NCBI GenBank assembly: GCA_963705035.1 | Contig: CAVPIQ010000002.1 | Location: 386,662 to 450,661 of the forward strand | Length of the DNA: 64,000 nt | Source: an uncultured Alphaproteobacteria bacterium | GTDB lineage: Bacteria > Pseudomonadota > Alphaproteobacteria > Acetobacterales > Acetobacteraceae | Reading direction: 5' to 3' | Shown here: positions 41,062 to 52,691 of the stretch, in pieces | Layout: each line of letters opens with the position of its first letter | Numbering within the stretch: position 1 is the stretch's first letter | Translations under genes and position numbers: made by a program | Notes under the pieces: model-generated | Seen by the model: only the letters and a program-made list of their open reading frames with translations | What the model was told of the DNA's origin: nothing | Database searches by the model: none

Positions 41062-42663
41062 ATGCGCGACCCCACCCGGCTCCGCGAGCTGCGCAGTTCG
41101 CTGCTCGCCGGCGCCTTGGCGGCCCTCGAGGCCGGACGGTTCGAGGAGGCTGAGCGGCAGGCGGGCGCGTGGACCGCGCATGATGCCGCGGATACCGAGG
41201 CGAGCCTGCTTCAGGGCCTCGCGGCGGCGGCGCGCGGCGACGTGGCGCTGGCGGCGCCGCTGTTGCAGCGCGTGGCAACCGCCCGCCCGAATTTCGCGCA
41301 CCCATGCCGCGATCTTGCGCGCCTGCGTCCCGACGCGCCGGAACTGGTCGCCGCCGCCTTCCGCGCCTGCCGCTCGCTGGCGCCGCGCGACCCGCGGCTC
41401 GCTTACGCCTATGCCGACTTCCTGGTGGACACCGACAAGGCCGCCGCCGCCGCCGCGGTGTTGCGGCGGGTGCGGCAGAGCGATGCGTGGTTCGCGCCGG
41501 CGCACAACCTCTACGGCATGGCGCTGATCGACCTCGGCGACATGGAAGGCGCGATCGCGGCGTTCCGCGAGGCGATCGCGCTCAACGCGCAGGACGCCGC
41601 CGCCTGGGCCAATCTCGGCATGGCGCTGAAGATCGAGGGTCGGTTCGACGCAAGCTTCGACGCGTACGACCGCGCCGTCGCGGCCGCGCCGCAGGACCCG
41701 CAGATCCGCCTCAACCGCGCGGTGGCGTTGCTGCGCGCCGGGCGCATGGCGGAAGCCTGGGCCGACTACGAAAGCCGCCTCGTGCTCGGCCGGCCGCGGC
41801 TGCCGATGGCGAGCCTCCTGCCCTCCCTCGACACCCTGCCTGACCTCGCCGGGCGCACGGTGCTGGCGTGGCATGAGGAAGGGTTCGGCGACACCCTGCA
41901 ATTCGCCCGCTACCTGCCGCTGCTGGCCGCGCGCGGGGCGCGGGTGGTGGCGTTCGTGCCACCGGAGTTACAACGCCTGCTGCGCACGCTGGATGGCGTC
42001 GGGACGGTGCTCGGGCCGCCCGCGCCGGTACCGGCATTCGACTGGCACGTGCCCTTCTTCAGCCTGCCCCGCGCCTTCGGCACCACGCTGGAGTCGATCC
42101 CCGACCGGGTGCCCTACCTCGCCGCCACGCCGGACGGCGCCGCCGCCTGGGCGCCGCTGCTGCCGGAGCGGGGGCTGCGCGTCGGTCTCGCCTGGGCCGG
42201 GCAGGCGCGGCCCTGGCTGCCGGGCTTCTCCGCCCTCGACCGGCGGCGCAGCATCGACCCCGCCGAGTTGGCGCCGATCGGCGGCCTCGCGGGCCTCAGC
42301 CTCGTGTCGCTGCAAAAGCGTCCTGCCACCGTCGCGGCAGAGCCGCTGCCGCCGGGCATGGCCCTCACCGACCCGATGCTGGGCGTGGCCGACTTCGCCG
42401 ATACCGCCGCGATCATCGCCGGGCTCGACGTCGTGGTCAGCGTCGACACCGCGGTCGCCCATCTCGCCGGCGCCCTGGGCAAGCGCGTGTTCCTGCTCGA
42501 CCGCTACGACAGTTGCTGGCGCTGGCTCGCGGGGCGGGAGGACAGCCCGTGGTATCCGGCGCTGCGCATCTTCCGCCAGCCGCGCCCCGGCGACTGGGCG
42601 ACCCCGGTGGCGCGGGTGGCGGCCGAACTGCGGCGGCTGGCGAGGGGCGGCGCCGCGCGCTAG
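41062..42663 (+). CDS. TPR-repeat protein fused to a GT9-like (heptosyltransferase-fold) glycosyltransferase domain
   Basis: Intact 533 aa. The N-terminal TPRs include [62 protein letters not shown]. The C-terminal part is [27 protein letters not shown]...[21 protein letters not shown]. Confidence 0.75.
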   Translation: MRDPTRLRELRSSLLAGALAALEAGRFEEAERQAGAWTAHDAADTEASLLQGLAAAARGDVALAAPLLQRVATARPNFAHPCRDLARLRPDAPELVAAAFRACRSLAPRDPRLAYAYADFLVDTDKAAAAAAVLRRVRQSDAWFAPAHNLYGMALIDLGDMEGAIAAFREAIALNAQDAAAWANLGMALKIEGRFDASFDAYDRAVAAAPQDPQIRLNRAVALLRAGRMAEAWADYESRLVLGRPRLPMASLLPSLDTLPDLAGRTVLAWHEEGFGDTLQFARYLPLLAARGARVVAFVPPELQRLLRTLDGVGTVLGPPAPVPAFDWHVPFFSLPRAFGTTLESIPDRVPYLAATPDGAAAWAPLLPERGLRVGLAWAGQARPWLPGFSALDRRRSIDPAELAPIGGLAGLSLVSLQKRPATVAAEPLPPGMALTDPMLGVADFADTAAIIAGLDVVVSVDTAVAHLAGALGKRVFLLDRYDSCWRWLAGREDSPWYPALRIFRQPRPGDWATPVARVAAELRRLARGGAAR

Positions 42664-42695
42664 ACCTGCCTTCCGGTTCTCGGGAGGAACAGCCC

Positions 42696-43874
42696 ATGCG
42701 TGAAGCGGTCATCGTCGCCCAGGCGCGCACCCCCATCGGCCGCGCCTATCGCGGGGCGTTCAACGCCACCCCCGCCCCCGCCCTCGCCGCCCACGCGATC
42801 AGCCGCGCGCTGGAGCGCGCCGCCATCGCCGGGGAGGAAGTGGACGACGTAGTGTTCGGCTGCGCCCTGCCGCAGGGCTCGCAGGCGCCGAACGTCGCCC
42901 GCCTCGCCGCGCTCCGCGCCGGGCTGCCGGTCAGCGTCGCCGGCATGACCGTGGACCGGCAATGCGCCTCCGGCATGATGGCGATCGCCACCGCGGCCAA
43001 GCAGATCGTGCATGACGGCATGCGCATCGCGGTCGGCGGCGGCGTGGAGTCGATCTCGATCGTCCAGACCGAGAAGCTGCGCATCGAACCCGACCCCGGG
43101 CTGCTGAAGATCCAGCGCGACGCCTACATGGCCATGCTCGACACGGCCGAGACCGTCGCCAAGCGCTACGGGATCGCGCGCGAGGCGCAGGACGCGTACG
43201 CGCTCGCCAGCCAGCAGCGCACCGCCGCCGGGCAGGCTTCAGGCGCCTTCGACGCCGAGATCGCGCCGGTCACGACGCGCATGAAGGTCGTGGACAAGGA
43301 GACGAAGGCGGAGAGCTTCCGCGAGGTCACGCTGAGCAAGGACGAGGGCAACCGGCCCGACACCAACGCCGCCGGGCTCGCCGCGCTCGCCCCCGTGCGC
43401 GGTCCCGAGTTCACGATCACCGCCGGGAATGCGAGCCAGCTTTCCGACGGCGCCGCGGCGACCGTGCTGATGGAGGCGGGCGAGGCGTCGCGGCGCGGGC
43501 TCACGCCGCTCGGCCTCTATCGCGGCATCGCCGTCGCCGGTGTCGCCCCCGACGAGATGGGCATCGGCCCCGTGTTCGCGGTGCCGAAGCTGCTCGCGCA
43601 GCACGGGCTCAAGGTGGACGACATCGGCCTGTGGGAGCTGAACGAGGCGTTCGCCGTGCAGGTGATCTATTGCCGCGACCGGCTCGGCATTCCGGACGAG
43701 CGGCTGAACGTCAACGGCGGGGCGATCGCGATCGGGCACCCGTACGGCATGTCCGGCGCGCGCCTCGTGTCGCACGCGCTGATCGAAGGCAAGCGGCGCG
43801 GCGTGCGGCACGTGGTCGTCACGATGTGCGTCGGCGGCGGCATGGGCGCCGCCGGGCTGTTCGAGGTGGCCTGA
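42696..43874 (+). CDS. acetyl-CoA C-acetyltransferase (thiolase)
   Basis: Intact 392 aa. The RBS GGGAGG precedes the start. Motifs: [12 protein letters not shown] (active-site Cys), [41 protein letters not shown]. Confidence 0.92.
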   Translation: MREAVIVAQARTPIGRAYRGAFNATPAPALAAHAISRALERAAIAGEEVDDVVFGCALPQGSQAPNVARLAALRAGLPVSVAGMTVDRQCASGMMAIATAAKQIVHDGMRIAVGGGVESISIVQTEKLRIEPDPGLLKIQRDAYMAMLDTAETVAKRYGIAREAQDAYALASQQRTAAGQASGAFDAEIAPVTTRMKVVDKETKAESFREVTLSKDEGNRPDTNAAGLAALAPVRGPEFTITAGNASQLSDGAAATVLMEAGEASRRGLTPLGLYRGIAVAGVAPDEMGIGPVFAVPKLLAQHGLKVDDIGLWELNEAFAVQVIYCRDRLGIPDERLNVNGGAIAIGHPYGMSGARLVSHALIEGKRRGVRHVVVTMCVGGGMGAAGLFEVA

Positions 43875-43926
43875 TCGGCTAGGGCCGGCTGAGCGACTAG
43901 GGCCGACTGATCGGCTAGGGCCGGCC
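43873..43926. repeat. 18-bp tandem repeat x3 overlapping the mop stop codon
   Basis: GATCGGCTAGGGCCGGCT / GAGCGACTAGGGCCGACT / GATCGGCTAGGGCCGGCC. On the minus strand each unit carries GGCCCTAG, matching the ...GRP* end of mop. The repeat lies between the convergent thiolase and mop genes. Confidence 0.8.
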
Positions 43927-44121
43927 GACCATCACGTCGCTCGCCTTGATCACGGCCAGGGCGTCCTGACCGGCGGCGAGGCCGAGTTCGTCCACCGCCT
44001 CGTTGGTGATGGACGCGGTGACGATCGCGCCGCCGACATCGATGCGGACATGCGCCGTCGTTTGCCCCTTCTTCACCTCGACCACCTTGCCGTGCAGCTG
44101 GTTGCGTGCACTGAGCTTCAT
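43915..44121 (-). CDS. mop: molybdopterin/molybdate-binding Mop (TOBE-domain) protein
   Basis: Intact 68 aa: MKLSARNQLHGKVVEVKKGQTTAHVRIDVGGAIVTASITNEAVDELGLAAGQDALAVIKASDVMV. Confidence 0.88.
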   Translation of the reverse strand: MKLSARNQLHGKVVEVKKGQTTAHVRIDVGGAIVTASITNEAVDELGLAAGQDALAVIKASDVMVGRP

Positions 44122-44153
44122 TCTGGCGTGCCCTTTCCCGTGCGGCAGGTTGC

Positions 44154-44177
44154 CGCTATACCCACCGAGATATATCG
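44154..44177. promoter_or_regulatory. candidate ModE/Mop-type Mo-box in the divergent mop / PBP-modABC promoter
   Basis: CGCTATAC-CCACCGAG-ATATATCG has an 8-8-8 layout and imperfect dyad symmetry. It is an isolated AT-rich patch in GC-rich DNA. It resembles the E. coli modA operator layout CGTTATAT-N8-ACATAACG as I recall it. Confidence 0.4.
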
Positions 44178-44198
44178 TATCGCCGGACGGAGGAACAG

Positions 44199-45071
44199 AT
44201 GCGCCGGGTGATCGTGATCGCGCTCGCGCTGCTCATGCCGGTCATCGGCCGGGCGGCGGAGCTTGTCGACGCGACCGGGCGGCACGTGACGCTGCCGGAG
44301 CATATCGCCGGCGTGCTGCCGGCCGGCCCGCCCGCCGCGGTGCTGCTGGCGGCGCTGGCGCCGGACCTCATGATCGGCTGGCCCGCCAAACTGACCCCGG
44401 AGGGGCGCGCGGCGCTCGACCCGATCACCGCGAAACTGCCCGAAGTGCCGCGCCTGACCGCCAACGCCGACGTGACCGAGGCGGTGCGCGCGCTGGCACC
44501 CGACCTGATCGTCGACTACGGCACCGTCTCGCCGGAATACGCGACGCTTGCCGAGAAGACGCAGGCGCGCACCGGCATCCCGACGGTGCTGCTCGACGGC
44601 GCACTGACGGCCACGCCCGCGGTGCTGCGCGCGCTGGGCGCCGCACTCCATCGGGCGGAGCGCGGCGAGGCGCTGGCGCGGGAGGCGGAGGCGGTGCTGG
44701 CCCTGCCGCCGCCCGCGCACGGGCTGCGCGTGGTCTATGCGCGCGGGCCGGACGCGACGCTGCTTGCCGCCCCGGGCGGTGGGCCGGCGGAAGTGTTCGA
44801 ACGCCTGCACTGGCAGCTTCTCGCTCCGGAAGGCACCGGCAATTCGCGGATGGCGACGCCGGCGCAGGTCGCGGCCCTCGATCCCGACTATGTCATCGTC
44901 GCCGATCCGGCCTCGGTGGCGCGCGTGCGCGCATGGCCGGGGCTGCGCGCGGCGGCGGCAGCGCATGTGCTGGCCGATCCCGGACAGCCGTTCGGCTGGA
45001 TCGCCGAGCCGCCCTCGATCAATCGTCTGCTTGGACTGATCTGGCTGCGCGGACTGGCGGTGACCCCATGA
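44199..45071 (+). CDS. periplasmic binding protein of the FecB/BtuF (cluster A, type 8) class
   Basis: Intact 290 aa. The signal peptide is MRRVIVIALALLMPVIGRAAE. Also LAPDLIVDYG and DPDYVIVADP, typical of siderophore/cobalamin-type PBPs. Confidence 0.7.
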   Translation: MRRVIVIALALLMPVIGRAAELVDATGRHVTLPEHIAGVLPAGPPAAVLLAALAPDLMIGWPAKLTPEGRAALDPITAKLPEVPRLTANADVTEAVRALAPDLIVDYGTVSPEYATLAEKTQARTGIPTVLLDGALTATPAVLRALGAALHRAERGEALAREAEAVLALPPPAHGLRVVYARGPDATLLAAPGGGPAEVFERLHWQLLAPEGTGNSRMATPAQVAALDPDYVIVADPASVARVRAWPGLRAAAAAHVLADPGQPFGWIAEPPSINRLLGLIWLRGLAVTP

Positions 45072-45820
45072 AGTCCTTCTCGTTCTCTGCTGCCTGCTGC
45101 TCGGCATCCCGTCCGCCCGCGCCGACGGGCTCACGGTGTTCGCGGCGGCGAGCCTCACCGACGCGATGCGCGCGGTGGCAGCACTTTGGCAGGCGCAGGG
45201 CCATCCGGCGCCGCGCCTCGTCTTCGCGTCGTCCTCGACGCTCGCGAAGCAGATCGTGGCCGGCGCCCCGGCCGACCTCTATGCCTCGGCCGACCTGAAG
45301 TGGATGGATTACCTGGCCCAGCACAAGCAGATCGCGCCCGAGACGCGGCACAACCTCCTGGGCAACGACCTCGTCCTGATCGTGCCGGCCGACCATCCGA
45401 AGCATGTCACGATCGGGCCGAAGTTCGACCTCGCCGCGCTGCTCGGGCCGCGCGGCCGCCTCGCGGTCGGCGATCCGGCGCATGTGCCGGCGGGGATCTA
45501 TGCCGCGCAGGCGCTGAAGAAGCTCGGTCTGTGGGCGATGGCGGAGCCGCGGCTGGCCCGCGCGGAGGATGTCCGGGCGGCACTGCTGCTGGTGGAGCGG
45601 GGCGAGGCCCCGCCGGGCATCGTCTACGGCACCGACGCCGCGGCCTCGGCGCGGGTGATGGTCGCGGGGCGCGTTTCCCGGCGATAGCCACGATCCGATC
45701 GTCTATCCGTTCGCGCTGACCCACGCGGGTGACACGCCCGAAGGCCGCGCGCTGCTGGCCTTCCTGCAAGGCCCGGCGGCGCGGGAGGTGTTCGTCAAGC
45801 GCGGCTTCATCGCGGAGTAG
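45068..45820 (+). pseudogene. modA: molybdate ABC transporter substrate-binding protein, about two frame changes
   Basis: MKSF, then GLTVFAAASLTDAMRAVAALWQAQGHPAPRLVFASSSTLAKQIVAGAPADLYASADLKWMDYL...GDPAHVPAGIYAAQALKKLGLW...GIVYGTDA in ORF 45136..45687. The tail PIVYPFALTHAGDTPEGRALLAFLQGPAAREVFVKRGF is in another frame. Confidence 0.8.
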
Positions 45821-45821
45821 C

Positions 45822-46511
45822 GTCATCCTCGGCCCGACGAATGGCAGGCGGTCCGGCTCACCCTCGCGGTGGCGGCACGGGCGGTGGGGTTCGGATTGCC
45901 GGTCGCGGTCGCGGTGGCCTGGGTGCTGGCGCGCGGCCGGTTCCGCGGCCGGCCGCTGCTCATGCCCTGGTGCACCTGCCGCTCGTGCTGCCGCCGGTGG
46001 TCACCGGCTGGCTGCTGCTGCTGATCTTCGGCATGCACGGCCCGCTCGGCGCGCATGCTGTTCGATTGGTTCGGGGCGCGGCTGGCGTTCACCACCGCTG
46101 GGGCGGCGCTGGCCTGCGCGCGTGATGTGCTTTCCGATCATGGTCCGCTCCGTCCGCCTCGCGATCGAGGCGATCGACCCGGGGCTTGAGCAGGCGGCGC
46201 GCACGCTCGGCGCCGGGCGGCTCGACCGGCTGGTGACGGTCACCCTGCCCCTCGCGCGCCCGGGGATCCTCGTCGCCGCGATCGTGGGCTATGCCACCTG
46301 CCTCGGCGAGTTCGGGGCCGTGATCACCTTCGCCTCCAACATTCCGGGCCAGACGCAGACCCTGCCGCTGGCCATCTTCACCGCGCTGCAGGTGCCCGGC
46401 GGCGAAGCGGCCGCGGCCCGGCTCGCCGGCGTGTCGGTGGCGCTCGCGCTGGCCGGTCTGCTGCTGGCGGAGTGGCTCGGCCGGCGGCTGCGGGTGGCGG
46501 TGGGGCGGTGA
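45822..46511 (+). pseudogene. modB: molybdate ABC transporter permease, about two frame changes
   Basis: The fragments are EWQAVRLTLAVAARAVGFGLPVAVAVAWVLARGRFRGRPLL, then ALVHLPLVLPPVVTGWLLLLIFGMHGPLG, then MLFDWFGARLAFTTAGAALA...MVRSVRLAIEAIDPGLEQAARTLGAG...LPLARPGILVAAIVGYATCLGEFGA. The start codon is unresolved. Confidence 0.75.
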
Positions 46512-47618
46512 CGCTCGCGGTGGCGCTGCGCCATCGGTTCGGCGCCGCCACGCTCGACATCGCGTTCGAGGTGCCGACCCCGGGCGTGACGGCGCTGTTC
46601 GGCCCCTCGGGCGTCGGGCAAGTCGAGCGTGCTGGCGGCGATCGCGGGGCTGCTGCGGCCCGACACCTGCCGCGTCACGCTCGACGGCGAGCGGCTGGCG
46701 GACACCGAAGCCGGCCTCTGGCAGCCGCCCGAGCGGCGCCGGGTCGGCTTCGTGTTCCAGGACGCGCGGCTGTTCCCGCACCTCTCGGTCGCCACCAACC
46801 TGCGCTACGGGCTGCGCCGGGCCGGCGCCGGGGCGATCGGGTTCGATGAGGTCGTGGCCCTGCTCGGCCTGCCCGCGCTGCTCGCGCGCCGGCCGCATAC
46901 GCTCTCCGGCGGCGAGCGGCAGCGGGTCGCGATCGGCCGGGCGCTGCTCGCGCAGCCCCGCCTGCTGCTCATGGACGAGCCGCTGGCGAGCCTCGATGCC
47001 GCGCGCAAGGCCGAGATCCTGCCCTATCTCGCGCGGCTGGACACCGCGCTGCGGCTGCCGATCCTCTACGTCACGCATGCGCTGGACGAGGTGGCGCAGC
47101 TCGCCGAGAGCGTCGTGCTGCTGGGCGCCGGGCGCGTCATCGCCGCCGGCCCGCTCGACGCCATCGCCGCGCGCGCCGACACGCCGCTGGCGATCCGCGA
47201 CGATGCCGGCGCCGTGCTGACCTGCCGGGTCGCCGAGCACGACGCGGCGCGGCGGCTCAGCCGGCTGGAGCGCGACGGGCTGTCGCTCCTGGTACCGGGG
47301 CAGGCCGCGCCGGTGGGCAGCCTGGTGCGCGTCCGGGTGCCGGCGCGCGAGGTGATCCTGGCGCGTGCCCAGGCGGCGGGCATCGGCGAGGCGCTCAGCC
47401 TGCACAACATCCTGCCCGGCACCGTCCGCGCGATCGCCGAGGATGCGGAGCACGGCGCCGCGATGGTCGAGATCGAGGCCGGCGGCGCCCCCCTGCTCTC
47501 CCGCGTCACCCCCGACGCGGTCGCGCGGCTGGGCCTCGCCCCCGGCGTTCCGGTGCTCGCCCTGGTGAAGTCGATGTCGGTGGAGGTGCTCGGCGGGCGG
47601 CCCCTCACGAATTCGTGA
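46508..47618 (+). pseudogene. modC: molybdate ABC transporter ATP-binding protein, one frame change in the Walker A region
   Basis: GTG 46508 overlaps the modB stop. ALFGPSGVG is followed by a shift, then SVLAAIAGLLRPD...LSGGERQRVAIGRALLAQPRLLLMDEPLASLD...YVTHALDEV and a C-terminal TOBE domain (ORF 46629..47618). Confidence 0.8.
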
Positions 47619-47754
47619 GGATAGCCCTTGCCCTCGGTTGCGTCATGGGTAATGTTTGGTGCCGCAGAATCGGGCGAGCCCTGATTACCGAGCAGGCGGC
47701 CCAGCGTCCTTCCCGGCCGGCCCGTGGACCGACGCTGCCACGGGAAGGATGCGC

Positions 47755-48983
47755 ATGCTTTATCATCTCTATGAGTTGCAGCGGGCGACGCTCGGGCCGA
47801 TGCGGATGTTCGCGCACGGCGCCCTGTCGTTCATGGACGCGCCGTTCAACCCGCTGCGCCCGACGCCCATGGGCCGGCTCGCGGTCGCCGCGCTGGACAG
47901 TTTCGAGCATTCCACCCGCCGCTTCGGCAAGCCCGACTTCGGCCACGCCACGACGTTGATCGGCGGCGAACCGGTGCCGGTGACCGAGGAGGTCGTCGCG
48001 ACCCGCCCCTGGTGCGAGCTCCGGCGCTTCCGGCGCGAGGCGGCGCGGCCGGACGATCCGCCGCTGCTGCTGGTGGCGCCGATGTCGGGCCACTACTCCA
48101 CGCTGCTGCGCGGCACGGTGGAGGCGTTCCTGCCGCGACCACGACGTCTATGTCACCGACTGGCGCGACGCCCGCGACGTGCCCTGCATCGGAGCCGGAT
48201 TTCGCGCTCGACGACTACATCGACTACGTCATCGACTTCCTGCGCCTGCTGGGGCCGGAGACGCACGTGATCGCGGTCTGCCAGCCGGCGGTGCCGGTGC
48301 TGGCCGCGGTCGCGCTGCTGAACGCACGAACGAGCCCGCGATCGCGCCGCGCAGCATGACCTTGATCGGCGGGCCGATCGACACGCGCGAGGCGCCGACC
48401 GCGGTCAACCTGTTCGCCAAGCGCCACAGACCTCGACTGGTTCCACGCCAACGCGATCCATCCCGTGCCGTTCGGCCATCCCGGCTTCATGCGCCGCGTC
48501 TATCCGGGCTTCCTGCAGCTCGCCGGGTTCATGGCGATGAACCTCGACCGGCACGTGGAAGCGCACTGGCAGATGTTCCAGCACCTGGTGCAGGGCGACG
48601 GCGAGACGCTGGCGGCCAAGCGCGCCTTCTACGAGGAATATCGCGCGGTGATGGACCTGCCGGCGGATTACTATCTCGCAGACGGTGCACGCGGTGTTCC
48701 ACGAGCACCTGCTGCCGCGCGGGCTGTTCACCTGGCATGGCGAGCGGGTGGAGCCGGCGGCGAACGCGCGCACCGCGCTGCTCACGATCGAGGGCGAGCG
48801 CGACGACATCTCCGGCCTCGGCCAGACGCGGGCGGCGCACCGGCTCATGCCGCATCTCTCGCCCGGCAAGCGCGAGCATCGCGAGCAGCCCGGCGTCGGC
48901 CACTACGGCCTGTTCAACGGCCAGCCGCTTCCGCAGCGAGATCGCGCCGCAGCATCGCGGGCTTCGTCGCCGCCCATCGGTGA
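47755..48983 (+). pseudogene. phaZ: intracellular polyhydroxyalkanoate depolymerase (PhaZ, TIGR01849-like), about five frame changes
   Basis: MLYHLYELQRATLGPMRMFAHGALSFMDAPFNPLRPTPMGRLAVAALDSFEHSTRRFGKPDFG...LLLVAPMSGHYSTLLRGTVEAFLP comes first. In other frames follow DVYVTDWRDARDVP, DYIDYVIDFLRLLGPETHVIAVCQPAVPVLAAVALL, MTLIGGPIDTREAPTAVN, VYPGFLQLAGFMAMNLDRHVEAHWQMF and LLTIEGERDDISGLGQT...GHYGLFNG. Confidence 0.75.
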
Positions 48984-49071
48984 CCGCGGAAACCGTCGCG
49001 CCAGGGCGCGCGGCGGCGTAGTCTCGCCGCCAAAACATGGGCCGAAGGCCCGGACAGGGAGGAGGCACGTC

Positions 49072-50733
<1,662 letters not shown>

Positions 50734-51106
50734 TCCCGCGCGGAGTAACCTAATGTAATTGGCCCCGGCCCGGTGAATGGAAGCCGCGCGACGAAAAGTG
50801 AAGCGCGGTGGGTTGAGACGTGTCCGCGATCGGCTGGCGCGCATTGACGATCGTGTGATCCATCGGCGGTACCCACGGTGGCATTTGGTCGGGACACACC
50901 AGGAGTTTTTGTGCAAGCCGTTGCCACGAGTTCATTTGCAAGTAGGCGCCTCTACCCTACATTACCGGTGACGGAGCGGCCCTGGCCGCCTGTCCGCCTT
51001 TCGAGGCGTTCCCTTACCTGACTTGGGCGGCGTCCACTTTGGCGCCGCCCCTTTTCATCTCGGCCCCGCGGCTCACCGCTGGAACCGGCCCATTGGGGAG
51101 CCCCCG

Positions 51107-51766
51107 ATGCCGCTCACGCTCTACGGTCACCCATTCTCCTCGTACACGCAGAAGGTGCTCATCGCGCTGTACGAGAACGCCACGCCCTTCGAGTTCCGTT
51201 GCCTGGGGCCGGATACGCCGCAGCACTCGGCGGAGTGGTTGCGGCGCTGGCCGCTGCGCAAGTTCCCGCTGCTGGTGGACGGCGAACGCAACGTCGCCGA
51301 GACCAGCATCATCATCGAGTACCTGCAGATCGCGCATCCCGGGCCGGTGCGCCTGCTGCCGGCGGACCCGATGGCCGCGCTGGACGTGCGCTTCCTCGAC
51401 CGCTTCTTTGACCTGCACGTGATGAACGCGGCGCAGCACGCCGTCGACGGTGCACTGACCGCTGACCCAGTGAAGCGCCAGGAGGGACTGGCGCTTGCCG
51501 AGGAAAAGCTGGCGCGCGCCTACGCCTGGCTCGAAGCGCAGCTCGCGGGCAGAACCTGGGCCGCGGGCACCGACTTCACGCTGGCAGACTGCGCAGCCGC
51601 GCCCGCATTGTTCTACGCGGACTGGACGCACCGGATTCCCGAGACCTTTCCCGTGCTGCGCGCCTACCGCGCCCGCCTGCTCGGTCGGCCGTCCTTCGCC
51701 CGGGCGGTGGACGGGGGGCGCCCGTTCCGATCTTACTTCCCGCTCGGCGCGCCCGATAGGGATTGA
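51107..51766 (+). CDS. glutathione S-transferase
   Basis: Intact 219 aa: MPLTLYGHPFSSYTQKVLIALYENATPFEFRCL...KFPLLVDGERNVAETSIIIEYL...FTLADCAAAPALFY. Confidence 0.85.
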   Translation: MPLTLYGHPFSSYTQKVLIALYENATPFEFRCLGPDTPQHSAEWLRRWPLRKFPLLVDGERNVAETSIIIEYLQIAHPGPVRLLPADPMAALDVRFLDRFFDLHVMNAAQHAVDGALTADPVKRQEGLALAEEKLARAYAWLEAQLAGRTWAAGTDFTLADCAAAPALFYADWTHRIPETFPVLRAYRARLLGRPSFARAVDGGRPFRSYFPLGAPDRD

Positions 51767-51798
51767 GCGCTGCCCCGCCCAGGCGGGCAGGTTTCTCG

Positions 51799-52680
51799 TC
51801 AGGTCGGCGCCGCCGTCCAGGTGAATGCGTCGTGACCGGGGGAATAGAACCGGTTGGTCAGGATGGCGTCGCGGTTGACCAGGGTGCGGTTGAACAGCGG
51901 GTGGCGCATGCTGCGCACCTCATGCTCGACGCGCATCACTTCGGCGCCGGTGTCGAGGTCGGTCAGCGCCTCGAACCGATACTGGTGCTGGTCGCTCTCC
52001 TCGCTGATCAGCCCGCGCTCCAGCAGCCGGCGATGCGGGCCGGAGAAGTCGGCGAGCGTGATCTGCACGTGGTGGCCATCGAACGGCGGCATCGGCGCCG
52101 CGGTCTCGCGATAGTGCAGCGTGGTGTAGAGGCCGGCACCCACCCGCACACCGCCCTCTTCCAAGGTTGCCGGCGAATCCAGGATTTCCTTGTAGAAGCG
52201 CGCAATCGGCGCGGGGCTGCCGCGCGGCGCGTCGAGTTCGACGTAGGGCATGCCGAGCACGATCGGCCCGAACTGCGGGGCGGGCGCATGCAGGCGCATG
52301 CGGTTGCCCCACGGGCAAGTCGCCTCCACCGCGCCGTCACGCTCGGCATAGGTGAAGCTGGTGCCTTTGAGTTTCGATGCCACGCGCTTCAGCCGCTGCA
52401 CCAGCGCGCCGAGATCCGGCACCACGATCCCCACCACGCCGCGCACCACCTGCGGCTGGCCGGTGGGCAGGTGGAACTGCGCGCAGCCGACGTTGATCCA
52501 CATGTTGTCGGTGCTGGTCATCAGATACGGGTCGCGCGTCAGGCCGAGCCCGCTCACGTAGAACAGCGTCGCCAGCGCCTGGTCCGGCACGCGGACGTTG
52601 ACGTGGCCGAATTCGACGATATTGCCGACATCCTCGACCGTGCGGTCGTAGGCCGGCGTCGCGGCGTGTACTTGGTCCAT
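51799..52680 (-). CDS. hypothetical protein, VOC/glyoxalase-like N-terminal region
   Basis: Intact 293 aa from ATG 52680: MDQVHAATPAYDRTVEDVGNIVEFGHVNVRVPDQALATLFYVSGLGLTRDPYLM...WINVGCAQFHLP. The longer ORF 51799..53427 is an off-frame extension across the neighbouring gene. Confidence 0.6.
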   Translation of the reverse strand: MDQVHAATPAYDRTVEDVGNIVEFGHVNVRVPDQALATLFYVSGLGLTRDPYLMTSTDNMWINVGCAQFHLPTGQPQVVRGVVGIVVPDLGALVQRLKRVASKLKGTSFTYAERDGAVEATCPWGNRMRLHAPAPQFGPIVLGMPYVELDAPRGSPAPIARFYKEILDSPATLEEGGVRVGAGLYTTLHYRETAAPMPPFDGHHVQITLADFSGPHRRLLERGLISEESDQHQYRFEALTDLDTGAEVMRVEHEVRSMRHPLFNRTLVNRDAILTNRFYSPGHDAFTWTAAPT

Positions 52681-52691
52681 GATTTGCTCCC

